From NCBI GenBank assembly GCA_023301025.1, contig JALZUR010000010.1, positions 17,791 through 81,790 on the forward strand: a stretch of 64,000 nucleotides of DNA, given 5' to 3'. The translations under genes were made by a program, and so were the position numbers. Numbering within the stretch: the stretch's first letter is position 1; each line of letters opens with the position of its first letter. This document shows, piece by piece, positions 18,374 to 27,414 of this stretch. A model generated the notes under the pieces. It was not told the DNA's origin. It saw only the letters and a list, made by a program, of their open reading frames with translations, and did no database searches. The stretch is from Bdellovibrionales bacterium (GTDB lineage: Bacteria > Bdellovibrionota > Bdellovibrionia > Bdellovibrionales > UBA1609).

Positions 18374-19297
18374 ATGAAACAAACACAAATAAAGAGTAGT
18401 TTAGCATTACAACCATCTTTTAAGTTAAAGGCTCTTAGTTTTCTATTCTACATTTGGCCAAGACCTTTTAAAAAAATCTTTGCCTATCTTTGGACTTGCC
18501 TTTGGTACTTTGTAGTTAGGTTTAGAGTTTCAGAGACTAAAAAAAGAGTGAGTGAGGTTTTTCCACATGCCACTAAACGTGATGTGAATAAAATTGTTTT
18601 TAAATCTATTTACAACCTCATGCTTAGTTTTTTTGAACTCTCATACAGAGTCTTTAATCCAAAAAGACTCTACAAATATGCCGAAATAAAAAACATGAGC
18701 TATATAAAAGAAGCTTTGAAATCTAATAGACCTGTTTTTATACTTGGTGGGCATTTAGCAAATTGTGAAAATGGTCTTTTTCTTTTTGGTCTAGAAGGTA
18801 TAAAGCCGCATTTGATTGCAAAACGAATGAGAAACCCTGTTGTTGATGCCTTGGTTTTTGAAGCAAGAGAGCTTTCAGGTTTGGTACACATACCACCTAA
18901 CAGCGCCTTGGATAAGATACTAGAGTGTATTGAGAATAACGGCTCTTTAGTTTTTCCTCACGATCAGTATATAAAACCTCCAAGAGGTGTGAAGACAAAG
19001 TTTTTAGGGTTAACGGCTTACACAAATTCAGGTCTTGCTAAGTTTGCCATAAAAAACAATGCGATGGTGATTCCTGTTAACTTTTATAGAGATTATAAAG
19101 CAGACAAAGTTGTCATTGATGTAGAAAAAGAAATACCTCTAGATTTACCCCATGCAAATGAGGTTGAAAACATTATTCATATGACACAACTTTATAACGA
19201 TTGGCTTTCAAAAAAAATAATGGAGCACCCAGGAGATTGGATGTGGGTTCATAGAAGGTTTAAAACACCAAGGCCTTCTGAACTTATAGATATTTAA
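18374..19297 (+). CDS. Lipid A biosynthesis (Kdo)2-lipid IVA acyltransferase family protein (LpxL/HtrB-like)
   Basis: N-terminal TM anchor, HLANCE (HX4D/E) acyltransferase motif and a family-typical length. Confidence 0.8.
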   Translation: MKQTQIKSSLALQPSFKLKALSFLFYIWPRPFKKIFAYLWTCLWYFVVRFRVSETKKRVSEVFPHATKRDVNKIVFKSIYNLMLSFFELSYRVFNPKRLYKYAEIKNMSYIKEALKSNRPVFILGGHLANCENGLFLFGLEGIKPHLIAKRMRNPVVDALVFEARELSGLVHIPPNSALDKILECIENNGSLVFPHDQYIKPPRGVKTKFLGLTAYTNSGLAKFAIKNNAMVIPVNFYRDYKADKVVIDVEKEIPLDLPHANEVENIIHMTQLYNDWLSKKIMEHPGDWMWVHRRFKTPRPSELIDI

Positions 19298-19353
19298 GTC
19301 TTTTATACTTTAAAACTTCTAAGTCTTTAAAATTGTGAAAATATCTAAAATCC

Positions 19354-20022
19354 TCAAACTTTTACAAATGATGAGAGCTCATCAAGAACATAGGGTGGTA
19401 TTTCATGTCCGCCTCTAAACCACACAGTCTTTTTATCAAAACCTAAAATACTTTCATCAAGATCTGTTGCACACCTAAAAGGAAGTACGGTGTCTTCTTT
19501 TCCATGAGATAAAAATACTTTTTGTTTTGTTTCCAAATCAGCAGTGTTACTCGTGTTTATGTTCCATTTTTTTCTATGTAGAGCTGCACCAGAAAGTGAG
19601 ATTAAACCTTTAAAGCCTTTTAGATCATCAAAGAATACTTTTGAAGCCATTGCAGCGCCTTGGCTAAAACCACCTATATATGTGTTTTTTAAGTCAATAT
19701 TTAAGTCCCATAGGCATTCTTTTATTTGAGAAAAAGAACTGTCTATCTCCTTGTGTTCTTGATCATAAAACTCACTAAGATCGGCATTAGGGCCAAGGGA
19801 TGAAAAAGTAATACTAAACCATGCACGTCCACCAAACATTGCAAGTTCCGGTGGGCTTAAAGGTGCTTCTAAAAAATACCAATTTGCTTCTAAATTTTTA
19901 AGAACAGGGTGCTGACTAAGACCTACTAAATCTCTGCCATTTGCACCGTAGCCGTGTAAGAAAACAAAATTAATTTTTGCATCTTTTGTTGTTTCAACTT
20001 TGTAGTGTTTAAGAGGGCTCAT
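19354..20022 (-). CDS. Phospholipase/carboxylesterase family alpha/beta hydrolase
   Basis: FLHGYGANG, nucleophile elbow GFSQGA, HGKEDTVLP and GGHEI. Confidence 0.8.
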   Translation of the reverse strand: MSPLKHYKVETTKDAKINFVFLHGYGANGRDLVGLSQHPVLKNLEANWYFLEAPLSPPELAMFGGRAWFSITFSSLGPNADLSEFYDQEHKEIDSSFSQIKECLWDLNIDLKNTYIGGFSQGAAMASKVFFDDLKGFKGLISLSGAALHRKKWNINTSNTADLETKQKVFLSHGKEDTVLPFRCATDLDESILGFDKKTVWFRGGHEIPPYVLDELSSFVKV

Positions 20023-20072
20023 GGTGTACTCTTTTGGTTAAATTCTTATTAATTACCAATAACTCAACATGT

Positions 20073-20966
20073 TTAAGAGTGCCAGTGAGTAGAGGCTTTT
20101 TCTAGTCGATTTTTAAAAGCTATCCAAGACTCATCTTTGTGCCACGCTTTATCAAAGATAGTAAAGATTGGTTTGTTTTGAAGATCAAAGTCTCTTAAGT
20201 TTTGATAGAGGTGTTCAGAGGCTTTTTTAGAATCATTAGTTATAGGCATAAGTGAGTGATCTATATGTTGGTGTGAGTTTAGAGTTTTTAAACTTTCAAA
20301 AACCCATAGCTTTTGCTTTGGTTGATAGTGATCTTTTTCTGATCCAGGTGTATTAATGTGTTCGAAGTAGTTTACTTTTTTGTTTAAAATTTTTGATATT
20401 TCAGCTGCTGTGATTGATCCAGGTCTTAGGACAGTTTGATTCTTAACATCATAAATCGTGGATTCGATTCCAAGAGTTGAGGTTTCACCCTTTAACACAA
20501 AAGCCTCAGGTAGTTCATTTAAAACATGCTCAGCTTTTGTTGGGCTTACTTGTTTAAATAAATTAGCACTTGGGGCGGCTAGTGGTCCGACACTCTTTAT
20601 TAAATCTAAAAAGATTTTTGAATTAGGGCATCTTATAGCTACTGTGTTCAAAGAAGATGTAATTAATGAAGACACTTTCTTTGAATCTTTTTTAGCAACT
20701 AGTGTTAAGGGGCCTGGCCAAAAGTGCTCTGCTAAAATCTTAAAATCATCACCTGCATTTAACACTAAGCTTAGTGCCATACTTAAAGAGCTTACGTGTA
20801 CGATCAGCGGGTCTGAAAGTGGTCTTTGTTTTATGCTAAAAATCTTTTTTAGAGCGTCATTATTATTAATGGGTGCAGACAGTCCATAAACTGTTTCTGT
20901 AGGAACAGCTACAGGGGTTCCCTCTAGTAGCTTTTGAATGGCCTCTTTTTTATTAATCAAACCCAT
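20073..20966 (-). CDS. tsaC: L-threonylcarbamoyladenylate synthase (Sua5/YrdC type)
   Basis: YrdC motif PTETVYGL plus a Sua5 C-terminal domain. The start is uncertain: candidates are 20966, 21017 and 21074, and none has a clear SD. Confidence 0.8.
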   Translation of the reverse strand: MGLINKKEAIQKLLEGTPVAVPTETVYGLSAPINNNDALKKIFSIKQRPLSDPLIVHVSSLSMALSLVLNAGDDFKILAEHFWPGPLTLVAKKDSKKVSSLITSSLNTVAIRCPNSKIFLDLIKSVGPLAAPSANLFKQVSPTKAEHVLNELPEAFVLKGETSTLGIESTIYDVKNQTVLRPGSITAAEISKILNKKVNYFEHINTPGSEKDHYQPKQKLWVFESLKTLNSHQHIDHSLMPITNDSKKASEHLYQNLRDFDLQNKPIFTIFDKAWHKDESWIAFKNRLEKASTHWHS

Positions 20967-21027
20967 GATGGGGCAATTAATCAAATATGATTGAGTCGAG
21001 CAAGTAAATTGATCCATCTTGCAGGTT

Positions 21028-21516
21028 ATGAAAATTTTATTCGTCTGTTTAGGTAATATTTGTAGAAGCCCCACTGCTGAAGCCGTTTTTTCAAAAATCG
21101 TTGAAGATAAAAAAGATGCAGAGCATAGCTTTGTTATAGACTCCGCTGGTACTTCAGCTTGGCATGAGGGTGCTGCTCCTGATTCTAGATCTCATATGCA
21201 TGCTCTAAAAAGAGGTTACAATGTGAAAGGCACATCAAGACAGGTTAAAGACACTGACTATCATAATTTTGACTTTATTTTTGCTATGGATAAAAAAAAT
21301 GAGTTTGACCTTAAAAAAGAGGCACCTGTTGGAACTGAGCATAAGGTTAAGCTCATCACCAAATACTGTAAAGTTCATAAGCCTGAAGTTTATGAGTTAG
21401 GTGTTCCGGATCCCTATACCAAAGGGGAAGAAGGCTTTGAATTAGTTCTAGATCTGTTAGAAGATTCATGTACTGAGATTTATAATAAAATAATCTTAAA
21501 AGAGGAGAAAATATAA
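21028..21516 (+). CDS. Low-molecular-weight protein-tyrosine phosphatase
   Basis: P-loop VCLGNICRSP and a downstream DPY motif. Confidence 0.9.
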   Translation: MKILFVCLGNICRSPTAEAVFSKIVEDKKDAEHSFVIDSAGTSAWHEGAAPDSRSHMHALKRGYNVKGTSRQVKDTDYHNFDFIFAMDKKNEFDLKKEAPVGTEHKVKLITKYCKVHKPEVYELGVPDPYTKGEEGFELVLDLLEDSCTEIYNKIILKEEKI

Positions 21517-22046
21517 TGTTTAAAGCAATACTTGTGTGTCTTGTATTCGTAATGGCAGCTTCTAACTCATATGCCAAAACTTATGGTGAAGACTTTATGA
21601 TGCCACGAGGTGGAGAGTACTCTTTGACAAGAGTTTTTGATGAGATGAAGAATAAGAAAAAACTAAAAGAAATAGTGGTTGCAGGTGAGCTGTCTTCTGT
21701 TTGTCAGATGAAGGGCTGTTGGGTGAGTTTAAAAACACCAGCCTCTAAAGTATTGACTAATACGTGTGATGAGGCAGGTCTTTCAGCTGAATCTCAAAAA
21801 GAAATGAGAGTGATGTTTAAAGGTCACAAATTTAATGTTCCTAAAGACTTGAAAGGTGATGTTTTTGTAATGGGCACTGTTAAAAAGAAAAAACTTTCTA
21901 AGTATCAGCTTAAACATCTTTTAAAAGATGGTGGCTGCAGTGAAGAGCAGATCAAGTCTGTTAAAGGGCCGATTTATAAGTATCAGATGGAAGCAACAGG
22001 TTTAAAATCAACAAAAGCCTCTGGTGAAGTCTCTAAAAAGAGTTAG
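21516..22046 (+). CDS. Secreted protein, DUF4920-like
   Basis: Signal peptide, MKGCWVSL motif, and a GAGGAG SD. The ATG overlaps the upstream stop as TAATG. Confidence 0.5.
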   Translation: MFKAILVCLVFVMAASNSYAKTYGEDFMMPRGGEYSLTRVFDEMKNKKKLKEIVVAGELSSVCQMKGCWVSLKTPASKVLTNTCDEAGLSAESQKEMRVMFKGHKFNVPKDLKGDVFVMGTVKKKKLSKYQLKHLLKDGGCSEEQIKSVKGPIYKYQMEATGLKSTKASGEVSKKS

Positions 22047-22068
22047 CTTAGAATTTTAAATATTGAGC

Positions 22069-22107
22069 AAAAAAAAGGCTTCTTTAAGAAAAAAAAGAAG
22101 CCTTTTT
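22069..22107. terminator. Bidirectional rho-independent terminator
   Basis: GGCTTCTTT / AAAGAAGCC 9-bp stem flanked by an A-run and a T-run, lying between convergent genes. Confidence 0.65.
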
Positions 22108-22127
22108 ACATTATGATAAAATCAAAA

Positions 22128-22433
22128 CTAGTCGTTAAAGTCCCAATCAACTCTGCAGCTATAACCAGCATTACAAAATCTAACATCAGAAGTTCTCCAG
22201 CTAGTTTGATAAGCTTCCATATGCTCACCACTCAGTATCATTGTCTTACATACATTTTCATTAGCATAAACAACTAGTGAACCGAAACCAAAAATGTGAA
22301 CAGCGCCTTCATCTTGTACAAGTTGAGTAAGCTCAGCACATGTATAATCTTTAGCTTTAACAGATGTAATATCAGCATAAGATGTTGATGAGAATGCAGC
22401 TACAGCAGTTAGTATCATTAGTATTTTTTTCAT
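22128..22433 (-). CDS. Small secreted Cys-containing protein, unknown function
   Basis: Signal peptide MKKILMILTAVAAFSSTSYA, four Cys in the mature part, GGGGG SD. Confidence 0.55.
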   Translation of the reverse strand: MKKILMILTAVAAFSSTSYADITSVKAKDYTCAELTQLVQDEGAVHIFGFGSLVVYANENVCKTMILSGEHMEAYQTSWRTSDVRFCNAGYSCRVDWDFND

Positions 22434-22818
22434 ATTTCCCCCTAGTGCGCCGTTTATATAAATCCTCTAAGTTGGCGCTAATATGATGACTTAGTGGACA
22501 AAACAATCTTAAGGCTAATCCTATTCTTTATACAAGAATTTAAAAAATATTTTTTTAATGAGCTTTAATCATTAAAATCAGGAGAAGTTTATTGTTTAAT
22601 TTGCACTTATTTAAAACATAATTATAGAAAAATTAAAAAATGTGTTTTTTGCAAGATATCCTTGAAGCCCTTTAACAGTGGGAGTTTTTTATCATTTTTA
22701 AATTTAGAGATTTATCATTCTTAATAATAAATCATTTTTAATGCATTTAGTGAAAAAATGGTACTGTGCGCCTAAAAACCTAATAATGAAAGAGGTTTGA
22801 GACTTAAAAGGGCTTGTA

Positions 22819-24468
22819 TCAGCCTAAGTTAATAATATTTTCACACATCTCGATTGTGGATTTTTTATGGGCAACTATAATAACAGTTTTATTTTTAAAA
22901 AGCAGTTCAGCTTTTTTTTGAATCTCTTGTTCTGTTTTTTCATCAATAAATGAAGTGGCCTCATCAAACACCAGAATTTTAGGAGAGTGGTAAAAAACTC
23001 TAGCAAAGCTTAAGAGTTGTCGCTCACCTGGGCTTAAGTTTTCTCCTGATGTAGTGACATCAAAAGTAAGAGGTTTTGATATTCCAGAAAATTCAAGTGC
23101 TTGTTGTGCCTTTATTAGATTTTGTTTTTTCGAAAACTCAAGAGTTATATTTTCAAGTATACTTCCTTGAAAAACAAAGTCTTCTTGTCTGACAACACAA
23201 CAGCTTTCTCTAAGAGACGACATAGGTATAGAGTTTATATCATGTCCATCAATTAAAATTGCACCTGTTTGTGCAGTGTAGAGCCTTTGCAAGAGCGAAA
23301 TTAAGGTTGTTTTTCCACAGCCTGTTCTGCCTACTAATGCTGTTGTTTCATTAGCTTTGAATATCAAATTTAAATCGTTAAATATAGGATCACTATTATT
23401 TAAGTCATAGGAAAAGCTTAAGTTTTTAATTGAAACTTCTGGGTGAAAATCTTTTGGAAGTGGTGTTTTATCTAAGTCAACGTGTGGTTGGGTCTCTTCT
23501 TTCTCATCTACTACATCAATAATTCGTTTGGCACTTGTTATTCCATTTTGAATCTGATTTAGGCGTTCTAGAATAAACCTTAATGGATGAAACACACTTT
23601 GGACAAGAAGAGTGTATGCCACAAGAGTTCCGGGCTCAATAAGACCTTTAGGGATGGCGTAGGCGCCTATTAAAAAGCTTAAGAATATAATCAGTAGCTG
23701 AACAAACTCAATTTGAGGCCACAGATAGGCAAAAAATTTAGAAATTTCTAGCTGCTGTGATAAATATTTGGTGTTGTCCTTTTTAAATTCTTTTTGCTTT
23801 TGTTTAAAAAGCTTATGCCCTCTGATAACTGAGAAACCATTTAAAGAATCTGCTAAAGTAGAGTTGATATCTGACATTTGGCTTTTTAAATTGAAATATG
23901 ACGTTTCTAGTTTTTTAGTTATAGATCTAGAAATAAAATAAACGACAGGCAAAATTAAAAGAACGACTGAAGATAAAAGGTAAGACTCATAAACTAAGGC
24001 TACAAAGATTGAAGCCAGTTCAAAAAAGTTTATAAAAATACCAATAAAACCTTCACCTAAAAAAGATTTAAAGCTGTTCGTGTCGTTTGTAACTCTAGTT
24101 AAAATCTTTCCAGAAGAATTTTTATCAAAGTACTCTGTAGGTAAGCGTAAGACTTTTTTGTAAATGAGCTCTCTAACGTTATAGGCAATTTTATTGCTCT
24201 CAACACCTATAAGGTAGTAAAGCAAAAATCCAAAAACTGAACGAAGTAGACTAAAAACAAGAAAATATAGTGCAAGCTTTAAAAATATAACTTTATTTTG
24301 TGATAAGATACCTTGATCAACAGACTTACCAAAAACAATAGGTAGTGCACGACCAGCGAATACATAGGCACTCAAGACTAAAAAGATATAAAGCCAAACA
24401 ACTTTAGAACTTATATGTTTAAAGGTAAATTTTAGAGTATTTAAAAGGTTTGAGTTTTTAGGCTTCAT
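22819..24468 (-). CDS. ABC exporter, fused permease/ATPase subunit (degenerate signature motif)
   Basis: Six-TM domain, Walker A GRTGCGKTT, signature LSPGERQ, Walker B ILVFDEATS, H-loop VAHK. Confidence 0.9.
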   Translation of the reverse strand: MKPKNSNLLNTLKFTFKHISSKVVWLYIFLVLSAYVFAGRALPIVFGKSVDQGILSQNKVIFLKLALYFLVFSLLRSVFGFLLYYLIGVESNKIAYNVRELIYKKVLRLPTEYFDKNSSGKILTRVTNDTNSFKSFLGEGFIGIFINFFELASIFVALVYESYLLSSVVLLILPVVYFISRSITKKLETSYFNLKSQMSDINSTLADSLNGFSVIRGHKLFKQKQKEFKKDNTKYLSQQLEISKFFAYLWPQIEFVQLLIIFLSFLIGAYAIPKGLIEPGTLVAYTLLVQSVFHPLRFILERLNQIQNGITSAKRIIDVVDEKEETQPHVDLDKTPLPKDFHPEVSIKNLSFSYDLNNSDPIFNDLNLIFKANETTALVGRTGCGKTTLISLLQRLYTAQTGAILIDGHDINSIPMSSLRESCCVVRQEDFVFQGSILENITLEFSKKQNLIKAQQALEFSGISKPLTFDVTTSGENLSPGERQLLSFARVFYHSPKILVFDEATSFIDEKTEQEIQKKAELLFKNKTVIIVAHKKSTIEMCENIINLG

Positions 24469-26173
24469 TTTTGGAACCTTTAAGATTTTTTTTATAAAGT
24501 AGGTTTGTAAAGTCTAAGTCATTTTGAGCATCATCAATATCTAAGACCTTAATAGATCTTGATTCTTTATGATCTTTTATAAGAATAACTTTATCGACCC
24601 ATCCAAAGTGTTCTGGGCTTGAAGTGGAGATTATAAGAGTTTTATTTTTGCTTGTTTGTTTTAATGTGTTTATGATTTGTATCTTTGTAGATTCATCTAC
24701 TGCACTAATAGGCTCATCTAAAATAAGAATATCTTTGTCAGACTTTAAAGCTCTTAGTAAAGAGAGTCTTTGTTTTTGGCCGCCAGAAAGATTAGCGCCT
24801 TTTTCACCAATTTTTGTATCTTCTTTATCTTCAAGCTTTAAAAGCTCTTCATAAAAAGACACAAGCTTGAAGTCTTCCTTGTTAAGTACAGGATCTATTT
24901 TGTCTTCAGTAGGTGGTAGTATGTTCTTTTTTAAAGAGCTCATAAATAAAAAAGGGTCTTGAGAATTGTAAGTAGAGCTTTTTTCATCAAGAGCTAAAAT
25001 GCCATCACTTGGGCGAAGAAGACCTGCTAAAATTTTAATTAGACTCGACTTTCCAGATTTGGTGGCTCCGGTAACTAAATAAGTTTGATTTTCTTTGATA
25101 TTAAAATTTAGGTCTTTAAATGAAAGAGTTTCATCAGGATAACTAAAGTTTAAAGATTTAACCTCTATGACATTCTCTTTGTTTTGAACAGGTGTCGTGT
25201 TTATATCTTTATAATTGAGGGCTTTTGTAATGCGTTTAAATGCAGACTTTCCTTCGGTTATCATCATAAAACTAAAGCCTATGGCCGCCAAAGGCCACGT
25301 CATCCTCCTTAAGTACTGATAAAAGGTAAAAATAGAGCCTGCTTGTATGGTTGATAAATTGTCGTTGTAGGCAATAAAAAGTAGAAGACTTGCACAGCTA
25401 ACAGAAGTGCAAAAGTCAAAAAGAGGAGAAAAAGAGGAATGCACAATCTCTAGTTTTTTGGAGTTGTTATAAAGCTTTAAATTTTCTTTATTGTAAACAT
25501 GCTCTCTTAAGCGCTCCATTCTAAAAGATTTGATAACTTTTATGCCTTCAATGCTCTCTTGTGCAATAGATGAAATCTTACTTAAGTACTTTTGCTGCCT
25601 GTCAAAAAGCTTATTTAAGTACTTTTCCATAATGGCCATAATCAAAGGCACTGTTGGGATTAAAAAAAATATAATTTTTGCCCACTCAGAATTTATATTC
25701 CACATGGCTATTGGAATAAGTGTTAGGTAAAATATCCCATCAAACAGAATCAGTACGCCAGGTCCAATGCCCATTCTAAAGTATTCAACATCTTTATTGA
25801 AGGTGGACATTTTATCCCCTGTAGATTGTTTGTTAAATTCTACTAAGTCTTTTTTAAAGTAGGACTTAAAAAGTTTAAGCTTTAGATCAAGTGCTGTTCT
25901 GTGGTGAAAATTTGCAAAGAGTATTCGCCACGCATACCTTGCCGTAGCATTTGTAATGCTAGCTGCTGCAAAAATAATAAATAAAGGAACAAGTTCATGA
26001 AAGCTTTTAAAAACTACGAATTTATCTAAAAGTTTTCCAAGAATTAAGGGGGTTAGCACATCACTTATATCTGTGATGATAAGAGCTAAAACACCAAGAC
26101 TAAAAAAGACTTTAAACTTTTTTATATAATAAATAAAAGGAGAGTTGATATTCTTATTTAAGTCTGTATTCAT
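24458..26173 (-). CDS. ABC exporter, fused permease/ATPase subunit (canonical signature, degenerate H-loop)
   Basis: Walker A GATKSGKSS, signature LSGGQKQR, Walker B ILILDEP. The H-loop position reads IISTSS, with no His. Confidence 0.9.
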   Translation of the reverse strand: MNTDLNKNINSPFIYYIKKFKVFFSLGVLALIITDISDVLTPLILGKLLDKFVVFKSFHELVPLFIIFAAASITNATARYAWRILFANFHHRTALDLKLKLFKSYFKKDLVEFNKQSTGDKMSTFNKDVEYFRMGIGPGVLILFDGIFYLTLIPIAMWNINSEWAKIIFFLIPTVPLIMAIMEKYLNKLFDRQQKYLSKISSIAQESIEGIKVIKSFRMERLREHVYNKENLKLYNNSKKLEIVHSSFSPLFDFCTSVSCASLLLFIAYNDNLSTIQAGSIFTFYQYLRRMTWPLAAIGFSFMMITEGKSAFKRITKALNYKDINTTPVQNKENVIEVKSLNFSYPDETLSFKDLNFNIKENQTYLVTGATKSGKSSLIKILAGLLRPSDGILALDEKSSTYNSQDPFLFMSSLKKNILPPTEDKIDPVLNKEDFKLVSFYEELLKLEDKEDTKIGEKGANLSGGQKQRLSLLRALKSDKDILILDEPISAVDESTKIQIINTLKQTSKNKTLIISTSSPEHFGWVDKVILIKDHKESRSIKVLDIDDAQNDLDFTNLLYKKNLKGSKNEA

Positions 26174-26278
26174 GTTTGCGCTTGTATCTATAGTTTATGT
26201 TCATGTTTTTTTAAGCTATTAAATCGCACTTTTTTAATGCGTATTGTTTTATATCATCTTTATGTTAGAAAAGTATAA

Positions 26279-26887
26279 ATGTTTTTAAAGTGTAAGGCCT
26301 TTGTATTAAGATCTACTGCCTATTCGGAATCAGATTTAATCGTGACGTTTCTAACGCCCGAAAATGGCTGCATCCAATCTTTTGTTCGAGGGGCTAAAAA
26401 AAGTAAAAAAAGGTTTGGTGGTGGAGTTTTGCAAGCTCCTCATCTCGTGCAGTTAGAGGCTCAGTATCCTAAAAATTCACAGAATACAGAGTTTTTTAGT
26501 ATAAAAGAAGCAAAGCTTTTAAATGACTTTTCAGATATCAAGACAACATACAGCGCACTTACTTTACTTGCCACACTTATTAAGCTGCTTTTAAAAAGTG
26601 AGTTTGTTCAAAAAGAGCATTACAATCTGTTTGGCTTCTCTTTAATAGAGCTAGCACTTAGCCCTAACTTAAGACGATTTTTTACTCACTTTGTGGTAAG
26701 GTATTTGAGCATTGAAGGGGTGCTTCCTGATGATCCAGCTTTGTTTGAACTCAGTCAGATCTCTATAAATAAACACCGAGATCTTTTACAAGTTTCAACA
26801 GAGCAGATAAACAAAGAAGTTGCAGTTGCTTCTCATTTTTTACAAAATTATACTGGAAGAAAAGGAGAGTTTAAGTGGCCCAAATAA
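26279..26887 (+). CDS. recO: DNA repair protein RecO
   Basis: N-terminal OB-fold pattern (KAFVLRSTAYSESDLIVTFLT...FVRGAKKSKKRFGG). Confidence 0.75.
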   Translation: MFLKCKAFVLRSTAYSESDLIVTFLTPENGCIQSFVRGAKKSKKRFGGGVLQAPHLVQLEAQYPKNSQNTEFFSIKEAKLLNDFSDIKTTYSALTLLATLIKLLLKSEFVQKEHYNLFGFSLIELALSPNLRRFFTHFVVRYLSIEGVLPDDPALFELSQISINKHRDLLQVSTEQINKEVAVASHFLQNYTGRKGEFKWPK

Positions 26888-27372
26888 AAGCTCTTTTCTT
26901 AGATAGAGATGATACAATTATTAAAAATATACCATACATGAATAGAGTTGAAGACATTGAGTACTTGCCAGGGGCATTAGATGCAATAAAAAGCATTCAA
27001 GATTTAGGATTTAAGCTTTTTATTGTTACAAACCAATCGGGTCTTTCAAGGGGCTTGATAACATATTCAGAACTTGAAGAGATTCACATAAAGATGACTC
27101 AAGATTTTATGAAAAGAGGCATACGTCCTTTTAAATTTTATATAAGTCCTTATAAGCACAAACACCCAAGACGAAAACCAGGATGCGAACTTTTATATGA
27201 AGCTAAAAGAGATTTTGATGTTGATTTAGAGAAATCAATTATGATTGGGGATGGTAAAAGAGACGTTGATGCGGGACGTGCCGCAGGACTAACTCATGTT
27301 TTTCAGGTTTTAGATATCAATAGCTTTTGGCCTGAAAACACACCTTTAATTTTAAAGTCCGTGGTTCAATAA
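26875..27372 (+). CDS. gmhB: HAD-IIIA phosphatase, D,D-heptose 1,7-bisphosphate phosphatase-like
   Basis: LDRDDTII, VTNQSGLSRG, RRKPG and GDGKRDVDAGRAAG. GTG start preceded by GGAGAG. Confidence 0.7.
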   Translation: MAQIKALFLDRDDTIIKNIPYMNRVEDIEYLPGALDAIKSIQDLGFKLFIVTNQSGLSRGLITYSELEEIHIKMTQDFMKRGIRPFKFYISPYKHKHPRRKPGCELLYEAKRDFDVDLEKSIMIGDGKRDVDAGRAAGLTHVFQVLDINSFWPENTPLILKSVVQ

Positions 27373-27414
27373 CTTTTTTATTGTATTAGCTAAAGACTAA
27401 TGGAAATTTAACCC

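Noticed and set aside
20458-20889. 143-aa ORF antisense to tsaC
   Set aside because: The opposite strand encodes a clearly recognisable Sua5/YrdC protein, and this ORF has no motifs.
22819-22870. Possible 3' truncation or frameshift of the second ABC subunit, which ends about 12 aa after the H-loop
   Set aside because: Translating the downstream sequence in the other frames gave nothing resembling the usual ABC C-terminal helix. It was therefore treated as a naturally short C-terminus rather than a pseudogene.
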